Shown here one piece after another: positions 39,204 to 49,450 of a stretch of 64,000 nt of DNA. Position numbers and translations under genes: made by a program. The stretch spans positions 31,760 to 95,759 of the forward strand of contig JAHFFT010000002.1 of the NCBI GenBank assembly GCA_023247795.1. The letters run 5' to 3'. The stretch comes from Candidatus Omnitrophota bacterium. Its GTDB lineage: Bacteria > Omnitrophota > Gorgyraeia > Zapsychrales > JANLHA01. The notes below the pieces were generated by a model that searched no databases, was not told where the DNA came from, and worked only from the letters and a program-made list of their open reading frames with translations. Every line of letters starts with the position of its first letter. The stretch's first letter is position 1.

Positions 39204-40701
39204 ACATTCTAAACATTCTGCGGAAGTCAAAGCGAGCGGGAAGACGGGGATCCATATCCTGATCCTCATTGTTCTTGGGTTCGCGGTTTATTCAAACGTT
39301 CTCAGCAATGGGTTCATTGGGGATGATCATGTTAAGGTTGAAAAAAATTTGTTTTATCGGAGTTTGGTAAATCTTCCGCACTTGTTTGATAGCTCGTATC
39401 TTGCTTATCAAAATGACTATTTTTATAAGGACCCACCGTATTTTTCTTCGGGAGAGGTTTCTTACCGACCGATGATTTCATTGTTTTACTTCATGGATTA
39501 CCAAATTTGGCATGAGAATCCGTTTGGCTGGCACCTGGACAGTATTTTGCTTCATATCCTCAACGTGGTTTTGGTCTATATCTTTGTCTCGATGATTTTG
39601 CGCAGTGAAAAAATTGGCCTTTTATCGGCGGTGTTGTTTTGCGTTCACCCGATCCAAGCCGAGGTGGTGAACGCGATCAGTTATCGCCACGCTATGTTAG
39701 ACGCCTTTTTTGTCTTATGGGCCTTCATTTTTTATATCAAGGGAAAAGAGGTGTCCCCAAAATGGGGTCGTGCTTTGTATGTGCTGTCAGTCGTTTGCTA
39801 TTTTTTGGGGGTGTTCTCTAGAGAATCTGCGGTTGTTTTTCCCGTCATGCTTTTTTTATACGACTATTTTATCCTGGGGAAAAAAGATGTTTTGCTGCCA
39901 AGGGAATTCTTTCGACGCTACATTTGGTTTTACGTTGTCACGGTATTTTTTTTATTCATTTATTTTTTTGTGTTCCCGAACACGGCCTTGCCGGACAATC
40001 AGCTGTTGGGGGGATCGCTTGGATGGCATGTGTTGTCGATCGCGTTGAATTTTTTTCGTTATCTCTTTTGGCTGATCTTTCCGATGTTTGTCAACGTGAT
40101 CCCGCCTTTGTATGCTCCTGACATCAGTCATACGCCTTTTAAAGAAACCATCATTTGTTGTTTGTCCTTTTTAGCGTTTGTCGTGTTAGCCGTTCAATGT
40201 TTCAGAATCGAGAAGAAAGTACTCCTTTTTTTGTTGTGGTTTATTGTGTTTTTTATTCCGGTATCAAACGTGATCCCCTTAGCTAATCCTGTGGCCCATC
40301 GCTTTATGTATTTGCCATCCATTGGGGTCTGTGTTCTCGGCGGTATTTTTTTTGAAAAAATCCTTTGTGAGTTTAGGAGGTTGGGTTATGTTCTGATCGT
40401 CGCGATGGTCTTAATGAGCTGCAGCATGACGTTCTCGATCAATATGCTGTGGAAGAACGAGTTGAGACTGTTCTTAGCATTGGTCAGGTTGTATCCCGAA
40501 AATAAAAAATCGCACGAGGTTTTGGGCATGGCCTATTTCAATTTGGGTTTGTATCAAGAGGCCAAGACGTATCTGCGTAAGGCCTTGGAAATGGGGTCGA
40601 CTGACCCTCGGATGCAAAAGGAATTGAAGATGATTGCTGATAAGGAAACGGAATCGAAAAATCCCAGTGGTTCTTTGGAACAAGGAGGAGTGGGGCAATG
40701 A
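39193..40701 (+). CDS. TMTC/PMT-like GT-C membrane glycosyltransferase (DUF1736-type) with a short C-terminal TPR
   Basis: [15 protein letters not shown] loop-1 acidic motif. ~11 TM segments. C-terminal [37 protein letters not shown] 39193 overlaps the upstream stop by 11 nt. Confidence 0.6.
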   Translation: MLFKHSKHSAEVKASGKTGIHILILIVLGFAVYSNVLSNGFIGDDHVKVEKNLFYRSLVNLPHLFDSSYLAYQNDYFYKDPPYFSSGEVSYRPMISLFYFMDYQIWHENPFGWHLDSILLHILNVVLVYIFVSMILRSEKIGLLSAVLFCVHPIQAEVVNAISYRHAMLDAFFVLWAFIFYIKGKEVSPKWGRALYVLSVVCYFLGVFSRESAVVFPVMLFLYDYFILGKKDVLLPREFFRRYIWFYVVTVFFLFIYFFVFPNTALPDNQLLGGSLGWHVLSIALNFFRYLFWLIFPMFVNVIPPLYAPDISHTPFKETIICCLSFLAFVVLAVQCFRIEKKVLLFLLWFIVFFIPVSNVIPLANPVAHRFMYLPSIGVCVLGGIFFEKILCEFRRLGYVLIVAMVLMSCSMTFSINMLWKNELRLFLALVRLYPENKKSHEVLGMAYFNLGLYQEAKTYLRKALEMGSTDPRMQKELKMIADKETESKNPSGSLEQGGVGQ

Positions 40702-41117
40702 AACATCATCGAGAAGAACTTTGGTTCAATACTCAGACCCGCCGGGCTTATATCAATATCAGCGAACAAGTCCAGGACATCGTCGAAAAAAGCGGAATCA
40801 AAGAGGGGTTATGTTTGGTGAATGCCATGCACATCAGCGCCAGTGTTTATATCAACGATGATGAAAGTGGGCTTCTCAAGGACTATGATGTCTGGTTGGA
40901 AAAGTTGGCCCCGCACGATCCGGTCGCCCAGTACCGACATAATGATACCGGTGAGGACAACGCCGATGCTCATTTGAAACGCCAAGTGATGGGGCGGGAG
41001 GTTGTTGTCGCGGTCACAAGGGGGAAGTTGGATTTCGGTCCGTGGGAGCAGATTTTTTACGGTGAGTTCGACGGCCGACGCAAGAAGCGGGTGTTGGTAA
41101 AGATCATTGGGGAATAG
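40698..41117 (+). CDS. yjbQ: YjbQ/UPF0047 family protein (secondary thiamine-phosphate synthase-like)
   Basis: …[26 protein letters not shown]…[16 protein letters not shown] is the family signature. ATGA overlap with the upstream gene. Confidence 0.6.
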   Translation: MKHHREELWFNTQTRRAYINISEQVQDIVEKSGIKEGLCLVNAMHISASVYINDDESGLLKDYDVWLEKLAPHDPVAQYRHNDTGEDNADAHLKRQVMGREVVVAVTRGKLDFGPWEQIFYGEFDGRRKKRVLVKIIGE

Positions 41118-41205
41118 TTTTCAAGTTTCAGGTCGCAGGTCTCAAGTCACAAGAAAAAAACACTTGGCAACTTGAGACGTGCGATTTACCAATAACCTGC
41201 GAGGT
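41118..41205. repeat. CAAGTCTCAAG-family palindromic intergenic repeat (imperfect long hairpin)
   Basis: caggtctcaagtcacaag-A7-cacttggcaacttgagac, with an outer tcgcaggt / acctgcga pairing. Confidence 0.5.
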
Positions 41206-41238
41206 CAGAACATCAGAAAGGCCTGTTTTTTGTTTATG

Positions 41239-42654
41239 AAGAAATGGGGTCAGATTGTCTTGCTGATTTTGATGGGAGGGGCGGTCTATTATAATTCGCT
41301 CTTTAATGGTTTTGTATCGGATGATCATATCGTCATCGAGAAGAACCTGTTTTATAAAAGCTGGAATAATCTGCCGCGCTTGTTTGATAATTCTTATCTC
41401 GCTCATCAGAACGATTATTTTATTAAAGAGCCGCCTTATGATTCTTCCGGTGCGGTTTCTTATCGTCCGATGATTTCATTATTCTATTTTTTGGATTACC
41501 ATTTTTGGCAAGAAAATCCTTTCGGCTGGCACTTAGACAGCGTTGTCCTTCATCTGATCAACACGCTTTTACTTTATTACCTCGTTTTACTGATGTTAAA
41601 GAATGAGACGACGGCATTTTTGACCGCGGTCTTCTTTTGTGTGCATCCTGTCCAGTCTGAGGCTGTGAACGTGATTAGCTACCGTCACGCTATGTTAGAC
41701 ACCTTTTTTGTTTTGTTGGGTCTCATTTTTTATGTCAAGGCCTCAGCGGCAGCGCAAAAGCGGAATATGGGATGCTATGTGCTTTCGCTCCTTTGCTATT
41801 TTTTTGCTGTATTTTCTCGAGAATCTGCGGTTGTTTTTCCGTTCATCGTGTTTTTATATGATTTTTTTGTTTTGCAGCAAAAGGAGGCGATAAACCCGCG
41901 GCAATTCATACGACGCTATACTCTTTTTTACGTGGTTACATTATTTTTCTTATACATCTACTTCTTCGTTTTTCCTAACACGGCTTTGCCGGAGAATCAT
42001 TTGTTAGGCGGGGCTCTGGGCGTACATGCATTATCGATCGTGATGAATTTCTTTCGTTATCTTTTCTGGTTGCTTTTCCCGATGTTCGTCAACGTGGTCG
42101 CTCCTATGTACGCGCCCGTCGTCAATCAGGAAACGTTGGGGCAAGTCATTGTCAACTGTTTGGCGTTTTTGACATTCATCATGTTGTCGATCAAGTGTGT
42201 GCGAGGAGAAAAGAAGGCATTGTTCTTTTCACTATGGTTTGTCGTGTTTTTTCTTCCGATCTCGAATGTGATTCCTTTGGCCAATCCGGTGGCGCAACGT
42301 TTTATGTATTTGCCTTCCATTGGAATCTGTGCCCTGGCGGCCATTTTTTCCCAACAGTTGCTTTCTGAATTTAAAAGACTGGGGACGGGACTGATCTCCT
42401 TTTTGATTTTGTTGTTGTGCGGGATGACCATCTCGCTCAATATGTTGTGGGCAAATGATCTGAGATTATTCCTGACTTTGACCCGACTATACCCGGAGAA
42501 TCTCAGGTCTCAGGAGTTTTTGGGGATGGTTTATTTTAACATGGGATTGGATAAGGAAGCCGAAGAGCATTTGCAGAAGGCCTTGGAATTGGGATCGCAG
42601 GACCCAAGAATGGAAACAATTTTTAAAATTATGAAGGAAAGGAAAGGGCTGTAA
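41239..42654 (+). CDS. TMTC/PMT-like GT-C membrane glycosyltransferase, second paralog
   Basis: YYNSLFNGFVSDDHI, collinear with 39193..40701. C-terminal QEFLGMVYFNMGLDKEAEEHLQKALELGSQDP TPR. The track's GTG at 41179 lies inside the repeat hairpin and is unlikely. Confidence 0.6.
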   Translation, partial: KKWGQIVLLILMGGAVYYNSLFNGFVSDDHIVIEKNLFYKSWNNLPRLFDNSYLAHQNDYFIKEPPYDSSGAVSYRPMISLFYFLDYHFWQENPFGWHLDSVVLHLINTLLLYYLVLLMLKNETTAFLTAVFFCVHPVQSEAVNVISYRHAMLDTFFVLLGLIFYVKASAAAQKRNMGCYVLSLLCYFFAVFSRESAVVFPFIVFLYDFFVLQQKEAINPRQFIRRYTLFYVVTLFFLYIYFFVFPNTALPENHLLGGALGVHALSIVMNFFRYLFWLLFPMFVNVVAPMYAPVVNQETLGQVIVNCLAFLTFIMLSIKCVRGEKKALFFSLWFVVFFLPISNVIPLANPVAQRFMYLPSIGICALAAIFSQQLLSEFKRLGTGLISFLILLLCGMTISLNMLWANDLRLFLTLTRLYPENLRSQEFLGMVYFNMGLDKEAEEHLQKALELGSQDPRMETIFKIMKERKGL

Positions 42655-42655
42655 T

Positions 42656-43561
42656 ATGAGCTTATTAGTCATCGGAACGGTGGCTTTGGATAACGTCAAA
42701 ACCCACGTTGGAGTTGAGCGGGATCTCTTGGGTGGATCAGCCGCGCATTTCGCGATGAGCGCACGGCTCTTTCAAAAGGTCCATCTCGTTGCCATTGTGG
42801 GGCAGGATTTTCCACAACAGCATATCCATTTACTAAAACAGAAAGGGATTGATTTGACCTCGCTCAAAGTCGGGGATGGGAAATCCTTTCGTTGGGAGGG
42901 CGAATACAAAAAGGAAGATTTGAACAGCGCCTTGACCTTAGCGACGGAACTTGGTGTTCTCATCGGATTTATTCCGGAAGTCGCACTTCATCAAAAAAAA
43001 ATCCCGAATGTGTTTCTGGCCAATATCGATCCCGATATCCAGATGGGGTTGTTGAAGATGATGCACAAACCAAAACTCGTCGGCTTAGATAGCATGAATC
43101 TTTGGATCAACCATAAAAGCAAAGAATTGAAAAAGTTGATGACGCAGGTCAATCTTTTCGTCGCCAACGACGGTGAGGCCCGGAGTTTGACCGGAGAATA
43201 CAATCTGGTTAAGGCCGCGAAGGCGTTGCGGCGGATGGGCCCGGAATTGATTGTGGTTAAAAAAGGTGAACACGGTGTGTTGTTTTTTTGTGATTCTTTC
43301 ACGTTTTCTTTTCCGGCTTATCCGGTTGAAGAGGTGGTTGATCCGACGGGCGCGGGTGATACTTTTGCCGGAGGGTTGATGGGATATTTGAGCCGGGCCG
43401 GGAAAATCAATAAGACCGTTTTAAAAAAGGCGGTTCTTTACGGGACCACCTTGGCTTCTTTCAATGTCGAAGGTTTTGGGATGAGCAAGACCTCTCCCTT
43501 GACTTTGACAAAGGCCAACCAACGCCTGAAAGAATTGTTGGTTCATATTTCATTTTCATGA
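42656..43561 (+). CDS. PfkB family carbohydrate kinase
   Basis: PfkB signature-2 DPTGAGDTFAGGLMGYL. N-terminal GG (LLGGSA) motif. Confidence 0.7.
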   Translation: MSLLVIGTVALDNVKTHVGVERDLLGGSAAHFAMSARLFQKVHLVAIVGQDFPQQHIHLLKQKGIDLTSLKVGDGKSFRWEGEYKKEDLNSALTLATELGVLIGFIPEVALHQKKIPNVFLANIDPDIQMGLLKMMHKPKLVGLDSMNLWINHKSKELKKLMTQVNLFVANDGEARSLTGEYNLVKAAKALRRMGPELIVVKKGEHGVLFFCDSFTFSFPAYPVEEVVDPTGAGDTFAGGLMGYLSRAGKINKTVLKKAVLYGTTLASFNVEGFGMSKTSPLTLTKANQRLKELLVHISFS

Positions 43562-43571
43562 AGGCGGGGAC

Positions 43572-44498
43572 ATGACGAAAACTAAACAAGACAAGAAAAT
43601 ACGCTGCGGCACGGTCGCGATCGTTGGCCGTCCGAATGTTGGCAAATCAACCTTGCTCAATGCCATTGTTAAAGAGAAAGTGGCAATTGTTTCAAAGATT
43701 CCGCAAACCACCCGTCAGCAAATCCGCGGGATTTATAATGATGAGCGAGGTCAGATCATTTTTGTGGATACACCAGGGCTGCACGCCGGGCGGGACAAAC
43801 TAGACCGTTTCATGAGAAAGAGTGCTTATGGCGTGACCCAGCAGGCCGAGTGCATTATCCATTTGGTCGACTCTTCTAGAAGTGTCGGCAGAGAAGAAGA
43901 GCAGATTGTTGAAAATTTAGGCGCGTTGAAGGTCCCTATCGTGCTGGGCCTTAACAAAATTGATTTGAAGGGAGAAAGGGTTGCCCAGTATTTGGAACTG
44001 TGGGAACGTTTGAAGGGAGTGCCTGTTCAAAAAATCAAGAATTTTACCCTCATTGCCCTTTCCGGACTGCAAGGCAAGAATATCGACGAGCTTTTGGATG
44101 TCCTTTTTGGTGTGTTGCCGGAAGGCCCGCGCCTTTATCCTGAAGACGCGTTAACGGATACTCCGCAGCGAATGGCCATTGCCGATATCATTCGAGAGAA
44201 ACTGCTAGGGGTCCTTCGGCAAGAGGTGCCGCATTCCGTTGCCGTCGTGATTGAAAACACCCAACCTCGTCGGAAAAAGACCATTTACATCCAGGCCCTG
44301 ATTTTAGTCGAGCGCGATTCGCAGAAAACCATCGTCATTGGGAAGAACGCCAAACTTTTGAAAGAGATTGGACAGCAGGCCCGGCTGGAACTGGAGAACT
44401 TGTTGGAGAGTAAGGTTTTTCTGGAGCTTCGTGTTAAGACCAAAAAAGATTGGCGTGACAACGATGAACTTTTACTGGAGATGGGTTATCATCAGTGA
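43572..44498 (+). CDS. era: GTPase Era
   Basis: G1 GRPNVGKSTLLN, G3 DTPG, NKID. C-terminal KH domain. ~308 aa. Confidence 0.85.
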   Translation: MTKTKQDKKIRCGTVAIVGRPNVGKSTLLNAIVKEKVAIVSKIPQTTRQQIRGIYNDERGQIIFVDTPGLHAGRDKLDRFMRKSAYGVTQQAECIIHLVDSSRSVGREEEQIVENLGALKVPIVLGLNKIDLKGERVAQYLELWERLKGVPVQKIKNFTLIALSGLQGKNIDELLDVLFGVLPEGPRLYPEDALTDTPQRMAIADIIREKLLGVLRQEVPHSVAVVIENTQPRRKKTIYIQALILVERDSQKTIVIGKNAKLLKEIGQQARLELENLLESKVFLELRVKTKKDWRDNDELLLEMGYHQ

Positions 44499-44511
44499 TG
44501 GCTTTGGCGTT

Positions 44512-44582
44512 TTGAAATCGCAAGTCTCAGGTTTCAAGTCCCAAGTAGTTTTTACTTGAGACATGAGACTTGTATCTTGAAA
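44512..44582. repeat. CAAGTCTCAAG-family palindromic repeat
   Basis: caagtctcaggtttcaag…cttgagacatgagacttg imperfect inverted repeat, right after the era stop. Confidence 0.5.
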
Positions 44583-44601
44583 TTTGGGAGAGGAGACAAG
44601 C

Positions 44602-44997
44602 ATGAAAATCCTGGCTATTTTTTTTAAAATCATCGCGGTGATCACGGGTCTCTTGTTGCTATCGGTGAGTTTGTTTTTTTATTTCAATCCTCAACAGGTG
44701 TTGAATACGCCGCTGGGTGCTTACTTAACGGTCGCAAAGATTCGGATGATGTGCTCGGTGTATATGGCATACGCGCTCTTATTTCTTATTCCCAATGCCG
44801 TTCTTTTGCGCGTCCGCATCGCTTCGATTTCCTACATGATCATTACCTTTCTTGTCGCGGTGTATTTGTCTTTCCAGCTTCTTACCGCCTCCTGGGGGCA
44901 TTTGAAAGGCTATCATCTTCCCTATATTTTCTGTCTTTTATCTGCGGGCCTGTCACACCTATGCATGTATGTCCATGTCGGAAAAAGTGATGAGTGA
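44602..44997 (+). CDS. small membrane protein (4 TM segments, hypothetical)
   Basis: GGAGAGGAG Shine-Dalgarno sequence, then ATG. Hydrophobic throughout. Confidence 0.4.
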   Translation: MKILAIFFKIIAVITGLLLLSVSLFFYFNPQQVLNTPLGAYLTVAKIRMMCSVYMAYALLFLIPNAVLLRVRIASISYMIITFLVAVYLSFQLLTASWGHLKGYHLPYIFCLLSAGLSHLCMYVHVGKSDE

Positions 44998-45230
44998 GAT
45001 GAAAACCGCTAGGAAAAAACTGCATTTTTCGCGTACCTTCTTTCAAACCACATCGCTCCTACCTTAAATAATACAAGTTTTTTTTTGGTTAAAAGATATC
45101 AAGTTTCCTAGAAAGCGCTTTCTTTTGCGAAGCTGAAAGCCTTTTTTCTTAGCGGGCCAGGTGTTACAGTTGATTGGGAGCTAAGATTTTTCCGGTTGCT
45201 GTTAAAAATGAACAGGAAAGGAGTTTTACC

Positions 45231-46370
45231 ATGAAAGCCGAACAAAAAATTTGGTCTTTAGCCGCGGGTTGGCAAACAGAATCTGATCATCAATTGGGAG
45301 AAAAGGCGCAGCTGGTTCTGATATTTGGGGGAGCCGATTACCTCAAAGACCGCAAACGTATTGAAGAAATCAAACATTTTTATCCAAAAGCCCATTTGGT
45401 TGGATGTTCCACCGCTGGAGAAATCTGCGGGACCCATGTCGCCGATGATACGATTGTTTTGACCGCTGTTCAGTTCGAGCACACCACGATCAAGGTGACT
45501 AATATTAAGCTTAAAAGTATTGAAAACAGTTTCATGGCCGGTGAACGATTGATTGCGGCCATGGGTAAGCAGGGGTTGGCGCATGTCATTGTCCTTTCGG
45601 AAGGGATCCACGTCAACGGCAGTGAACTTGTCAAAGGGATGGCAAGCCAGCTTTCGCAAAAGGTGTCTGTCACCGGCGGTCTTTCCGCGGACGGAGATCG
45701 TTTCAAAAAGACTTTTGTTATTTGTGATCAAGAAGCCGAAGAAGACACGATCGCGGCGATTGGTCTTTATGGCGACCACATCAAAGTTAATTTCAGCGCC
45801 ATGGGAGGGTGGGAACCGTTTGGTCCGGAAAGGATGGTCACTCGCTCCGAGAGCAATGTTCTCTATGAACTGGATGGTCAATCGGCGCTTGCTTTGTATA
45901 AAGAATATTTAGGCGAACATGCCCAAAAGCTGCCGTCGGCGGCCTTGTTATTTCCTTTGAGCTTGCAGACTGCTGACCGCAAAGGTTGGGTGGTGCGCAC
46001 GATTTTAGGAATCAATGAAGAGGATCAAAGTATGACCTTTGCCGGGGACATTGCGGAAGGGTCTTTTGTCCGTTTGATGAGCGCGAATTATGACAATTTG
46101 ATCGACGGGGCCATTGGTGCCGCAAAGGCAAGTTATAAAAGCAATGGAAAGCCTGGTCCGGATTTGGCCATCTTGATGAGTTGTGTTGGCCGCAAATTAT
46201 TATTGAAGCAAAGGGTTGAGGAAGAAATCGAAGGCGTTCGTGATGTTTTTGGCGATCAAACGGTTCTAACTGGTTTTTACACCTACGGAGAGATCGCGCC
46301 ATTTCGAGCGAATACCCCTTGTGTCTTGCACAATCAAACAATGACGATCACGACTTTAAGTGAATATTGA
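45231..46370 (+). CDS. FIST domain sensor protein
   Basis: FIST_N-like LVLIFGGADYL…HLVGCSTAGEI and a FIST_C-like second half. AAAGGAG Shine-Dalgarno sequence before ATG 45231. Confidence 0.55.
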   Translation: MKAEQKIWSLAAGWQTESDHQLGEKAQLVLIFGGADYLKDRKRIEEIKHFYPKAHLVGCSTAGEICGTHVADDTIVLTAVQFEHTTIKVTNIKLKSIENSFMAGERLIAAMGKQGLAHVIVLSEGIHVNGSELVKGMASQLSQKVSVTGGLSADGDRFKKTFVICDQEAEEDTIAAIGLYGDHIKVNFSAMGGWEPFGPERMVTRSESNVLYELDGQSALALYKEYLGEHAQKLPSAALLFPLSLQTADRKGWVVRTILGINEEDQSMTFAGDIAEGSFVRLMSANYDNLIDGAIGAAKASYKSNGKPGPDLAILMSCVGRKLLLKQRVEEEIEGVRDVFGDQTVLTGFYTYGEIAPFRANTPCVLHNQTMTITTLSEY

Positions 46371-46372
46371 AG

Positions 46373-46401
46373 ATCCACGGACGTCGGTCCGTGGATTTTT
46401 T
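46373..46401 (+). terminator. rho-independent terminator after the FIST gene
   Basis: atccacggac-gtcg-gtccgtggat followed by TTTTTT. A second perfect 11-bp hairpin lies at 46406..46431. Confidence 0.6.
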
Positions 46402-46448
46402 AATTGGGACTTTCGCTTTAGCGAAAGTCCCGCGAAACGGGAATAACC

Positions 46449-48686
46449 ATGGCCAAGATCTTACATCCGTTATTTAAGAGGCAGTTTCAAAAATATTTAG
46501 GCTCTTCACGGAGTCTTTATCGGCAGTTTCATGATTATTTTTTGGCCGTGAACAGCTGTTACTGGCAGAGCGACGATGATCGCAAGCGGGTAGAAAGAAC
46601 ATTGGTCATCAGTTCTAAGGAATTGTTTGAAAGGAACTCGGAGATCCGCGCGGTGTTTGAGGCCTTTCCAGACTTATTTTTACGCATTGATGATCAGGGA
46701 CGGATTTTATCTTCACAATCGCCGAAAACAAATGATTTTCATTGGCTTCCTAAGGGGTTGATAGGGAAAAGCATTATGCAGCTTTTTGGAGAAGGGGCGG
46801 GGCGGGAATTTGTTCGTGCCATGGAAGCTGTTAAGGAGTCAAAGACCTTGGTCAGCATCGAATTTGAGCAAAAGGTCGATGGGCAAACTTATCATTACGA
46901 ATCGCGATTTTTGCCGCTCATGGATCAGCAGTATATCATCACGATCAGGAATATCACCGAACGTAAAATCGTGACCAAAGCCTTACGCGAAAGCGAGGAG
47001 CGGTATTCCTTGGCCGTCACCGGTGCCAATGACGGGATGTGGGATTGGGATCTGCAAACGAATCAGATCTTTTTTTCCGAGCGCTGGAAAACCATGCTGG
47101 GATTCGCGAATCATGAACTTATGGATACCCCGGATGAATGGCTGAAGCGCGTGCACCCGGATGATATTCAAAGACTCAGATTAAAAATCAACGCGCAGCT
47201 TAAGAATGTCGAGCCGCATTTCGAATTGGAATACCGTATTTTTAATAAAGATCAGCAGGTTTGCTGGGTTCTGACCCGGGGAGTGGCGGTTCGCGATCAA
47301 CTGGGCAAAATCACGCGCATGGTTGGTTCGCAGACCGATATCACAAAAAGAAAACTCGCGGAAGATCAGCTCCGCCACGACGCGCTGCACGATAAATTGA
47401 CCTCGCTGCCCAATCGAGCGCTTTTCATTGACCGTCTGGAGAATTTGATCGAACGCAATAAGCGCAATCCGCAGATTTATTTTGCCGTGCTTTTTATCGA
47501 TTTGGACCGTTTTAAAATGATCAACGACAGTTATGGTCATACGTTGGGGGATCAGCTGCTTATCAAAATCAGCAAACGTTTGAAGGCTTGTATGCGTTCG
47601 GGTGATACGGTCGCCCGACTCGGAGGAGATGAATTCACGATTTTGCTGGAAGATATCCAACATATTCAGGAGGCGACCAGTTTTGCCGAACGCATTCAAG
47701 ATGAGCTCTCTCATCCTTTTGATTTGAACGGGCAGATGATTACGGTAACGGCAAGCATAGGAATTTTGATGAATTCACACGAGCATCAAGGGGCCGAGGA
47801 TTATTTGCGGGACGCCGATAACGCGATGTACAGTGCCAAGATGCGCGGTAAGGCCTGCCACGAGGTTTTTGATAAATCCATGCATCAGGTGATCATGGAC
47901 CGCTTGAATCTGGAAGTGGATTTGCGACGGGCTTTGGAGAAAAAAGAATTTATCATGTATTATCAGCCCGTTGTTTCCTTGATGGATGGAAAGATCAAAC
48001 GGTTCGAGACCTTGATCCGTTGGCGTCATCCCCAGCGCGGCTTATTGGAGCCAAGCGAATTCATAACAATTGCCGAGGAGACCGGTCTCATCGTTGGCCT
48101 TGGACAGTGGATTTTGGAAAACGTTTGCCAGAAATATCAGTTGATTTTAAATGCCGGCTATTCCGACGTGGGAATCGCGGTCAACTTCTCAACCAGGCAG
48201 TTTCAACACCAGCGTTTGTTGGACATGATCCGGACCGTCATGCAAAACACAAAGATGGATTCCCGATTCATTGAAATTGAGATCACCGAATCCATGGCTA
48301 TGCGGGATGTCAATTTTACCGTCAATGTTTTGAATCAGCTAAAAGCCATGGGCTTTACGATCGCGATTGATGATTTCGGAGTCGGGTATTCGTCATTGAG
48401 TTCGCTCAAAATGCTGCCGCTGGATTGTTTGAAGGTCGATCAAAGTTTTATCCGTGACATTGCGGAGAACATCGACAATCAAGCGATCACCCAGGCGATC
48501 GTTGCTATGGCGCATACCTTAGGGATTCGGGTGGTGGCAGAGGGTGTTGAAAAAGAATCGCAGTTGCGGCTTTTACAGAAAAACGGTTGTGATGAAGCTC
48601 AGGGATATTTGTTCAGCCGTCCGGTTCCTTTCCATCAGGCCTTAACACAATTGAAGCAAGACGCCTTTGCCGTAATTCGGCATTGA
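46449..48686 (+). CDS. PAS/PAS-GGDEF-EAL c-di-GMP turnover protein
   Basis: Diguanylate cyclase RLGGDEFTILL. EAL domain with ETLIRW (an EAL variant), IAIDDFGVGYSSL, and Q-rich motifs. Two PAS-like N-terminal modules. Confidence 0.8.
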   Translation: MAKILHPLFKRQFQKYLGSSRSLYRQFHDYFLAVNSCYWQSDDDRKRVERTLVISSKELFERNSEIRAVFEAFPDLFLRIDDQGRILSSQSPKTNDFHWLPKGLIGKSIMQLFGEGAGREFVRAMEAVKESKTLVSIEFEQKVDGQTYHYESRFLPLMDQQYIITIRNITERKIVTKALRESEERYSLAVTGANDGMWDWDLQTNQIFFSERWKTMLGFANHELMDTPDEWLKRVHPDDIQRLRLKINAQLKNVEPHFELEYRIFNKDQQVCWVLTRGVAVRDQLGKITRMVGSQTDITKRKLAEDQLRHDALHDKLTSLPNRALFIDRLENLIERNKRNPQIYFAVLFIDLDRFKMINDSYGHTLGDQLLIKISKRLKACMRSGDTVARLGGDEFTILLEDIQHIQEATSFAERIQDELSHPFDLNGQMITVTASIGILMNSHEHQGAEDYLRDADNAMYSAKMRGKACHEVFDKSMHQVIMDRLNLEVDLRRALEKKEFIMYYQPVVSLMDGKIKRFETLIRWRHPQRGLLEPSEFITIAEETGLIVGLGQWILENVCQKYQLILNAGYSDVGIAVNFSTRQFQHQRLLDMIRTVMQNTKMDSRFIEIEITESMAMRDVNFTVNVLNQLKAMGFTIAIDDFGVGYSSLSSLKMLPLDCLKVDQSFIRDIAENIDNQAITQAIVAMAHTLGIRVVAEGVEKESQLRLLQKNGCDEAQGYLFSRPVPFHQALTQLKQDAFAVIRH

Positions 48687-48784
48687 TTTTCCCGCCGTTT
48701 TCTTTTCCTTACCATTTCGACTTTTCTTTTGATCGGTTTTCACTTATACTATGAAACCGTTGTGACGAGGATTCAGGGAGGCGG

Positions 48785-49450
48785 ATGAAAACGGTTTCGG
48801 TAAAACAAATTCAAAGCTGGGAGCGAAAGGCCATTGAAAAATATGGCGTTCCGTCATTGTTGTTAATGGAAAATGCCGGACGATCGGTAGCACGGGAGGT
48901 CATCTCGTGCCTGAAAGGAAAAAAAAGACCGAGGATTTGCATTTTCTGCGGGGGAGGAAATAATGCCGGGGATGGATTTGTCGTCGGTCGCCATCTGTCG
49001 AACGCCGAGACCAAAGTCGAAATTTTTCTTATTGGAGATCCAAAACGTTTGAAGACAGACGCGTTGAGCAATTATCAGATCTTAGGCCGGTTAAAATTCC
49101 CGATTCATTTAGTCAAGACGATAACACCAAAGATCAAGGCCCAACTGCGTTCCAGCCAGGTGATTGTGGACGCGCTCTTCGGTGTTGGTTTGAATCGGGA
49201 GATCAAAGGGGTTTATAAAGAGGTCATTGATTTGATCAACGCGGCCAAGAAAAAAGTTGTTGCCGTTGATGTCCCGTCGGGGTTGGATGGGACCACCGGC
49301 GATATTTATGGTGTTTGTGTCAAGGCCGATGTCACGGTCACGTTCAGTTTCGCCAAAAAAGGTTTTTTTCTTAAAAAGGGGCCGCGGCAAGTCGGAAGGA
49401 TTATTGTTGCGGACATTGGGATTCCCAGCGGATTGATCCATGGTCGATAA
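48785..49450 (+). CDS. nnrE: NAD(P)H-hydrate epimerase (YjeF N-terminal domain only)
   Basis: CGGGNNAGDGFVVGRHL and VVAVDVPSGLD motifs. 221 aa without the NnrD kinase-like half. Confidence 0.7.
   Translation: MKTVSVKQIQSWERKAIEKYGVPSLLLMENAGRSVAREVISCLKGKKRPRICIFCGGGNNAGDGFVVGRHLSNAETKVEIFLIGDPKRLKTDALSNYQILGRLKFPIHLVKTITPKIKAQLRSSQVIVDALFGVGLNREIKGVYKEVIDLINAAKKKVVAVDVPSGLDGTTGDIYGVCVKADVTVTFSFAKKGFFLKKGPRQVGRIIVADIGIPSGLIHGR

Noticed and set aside
48687-48784. Imperfect hairpin cggttttca…tgaaaccg upstream of nnrE as a riboswitch/terminator
   Set aside because: Short imperfect stem, no U-tract, no recognisable riboswitch consensus.
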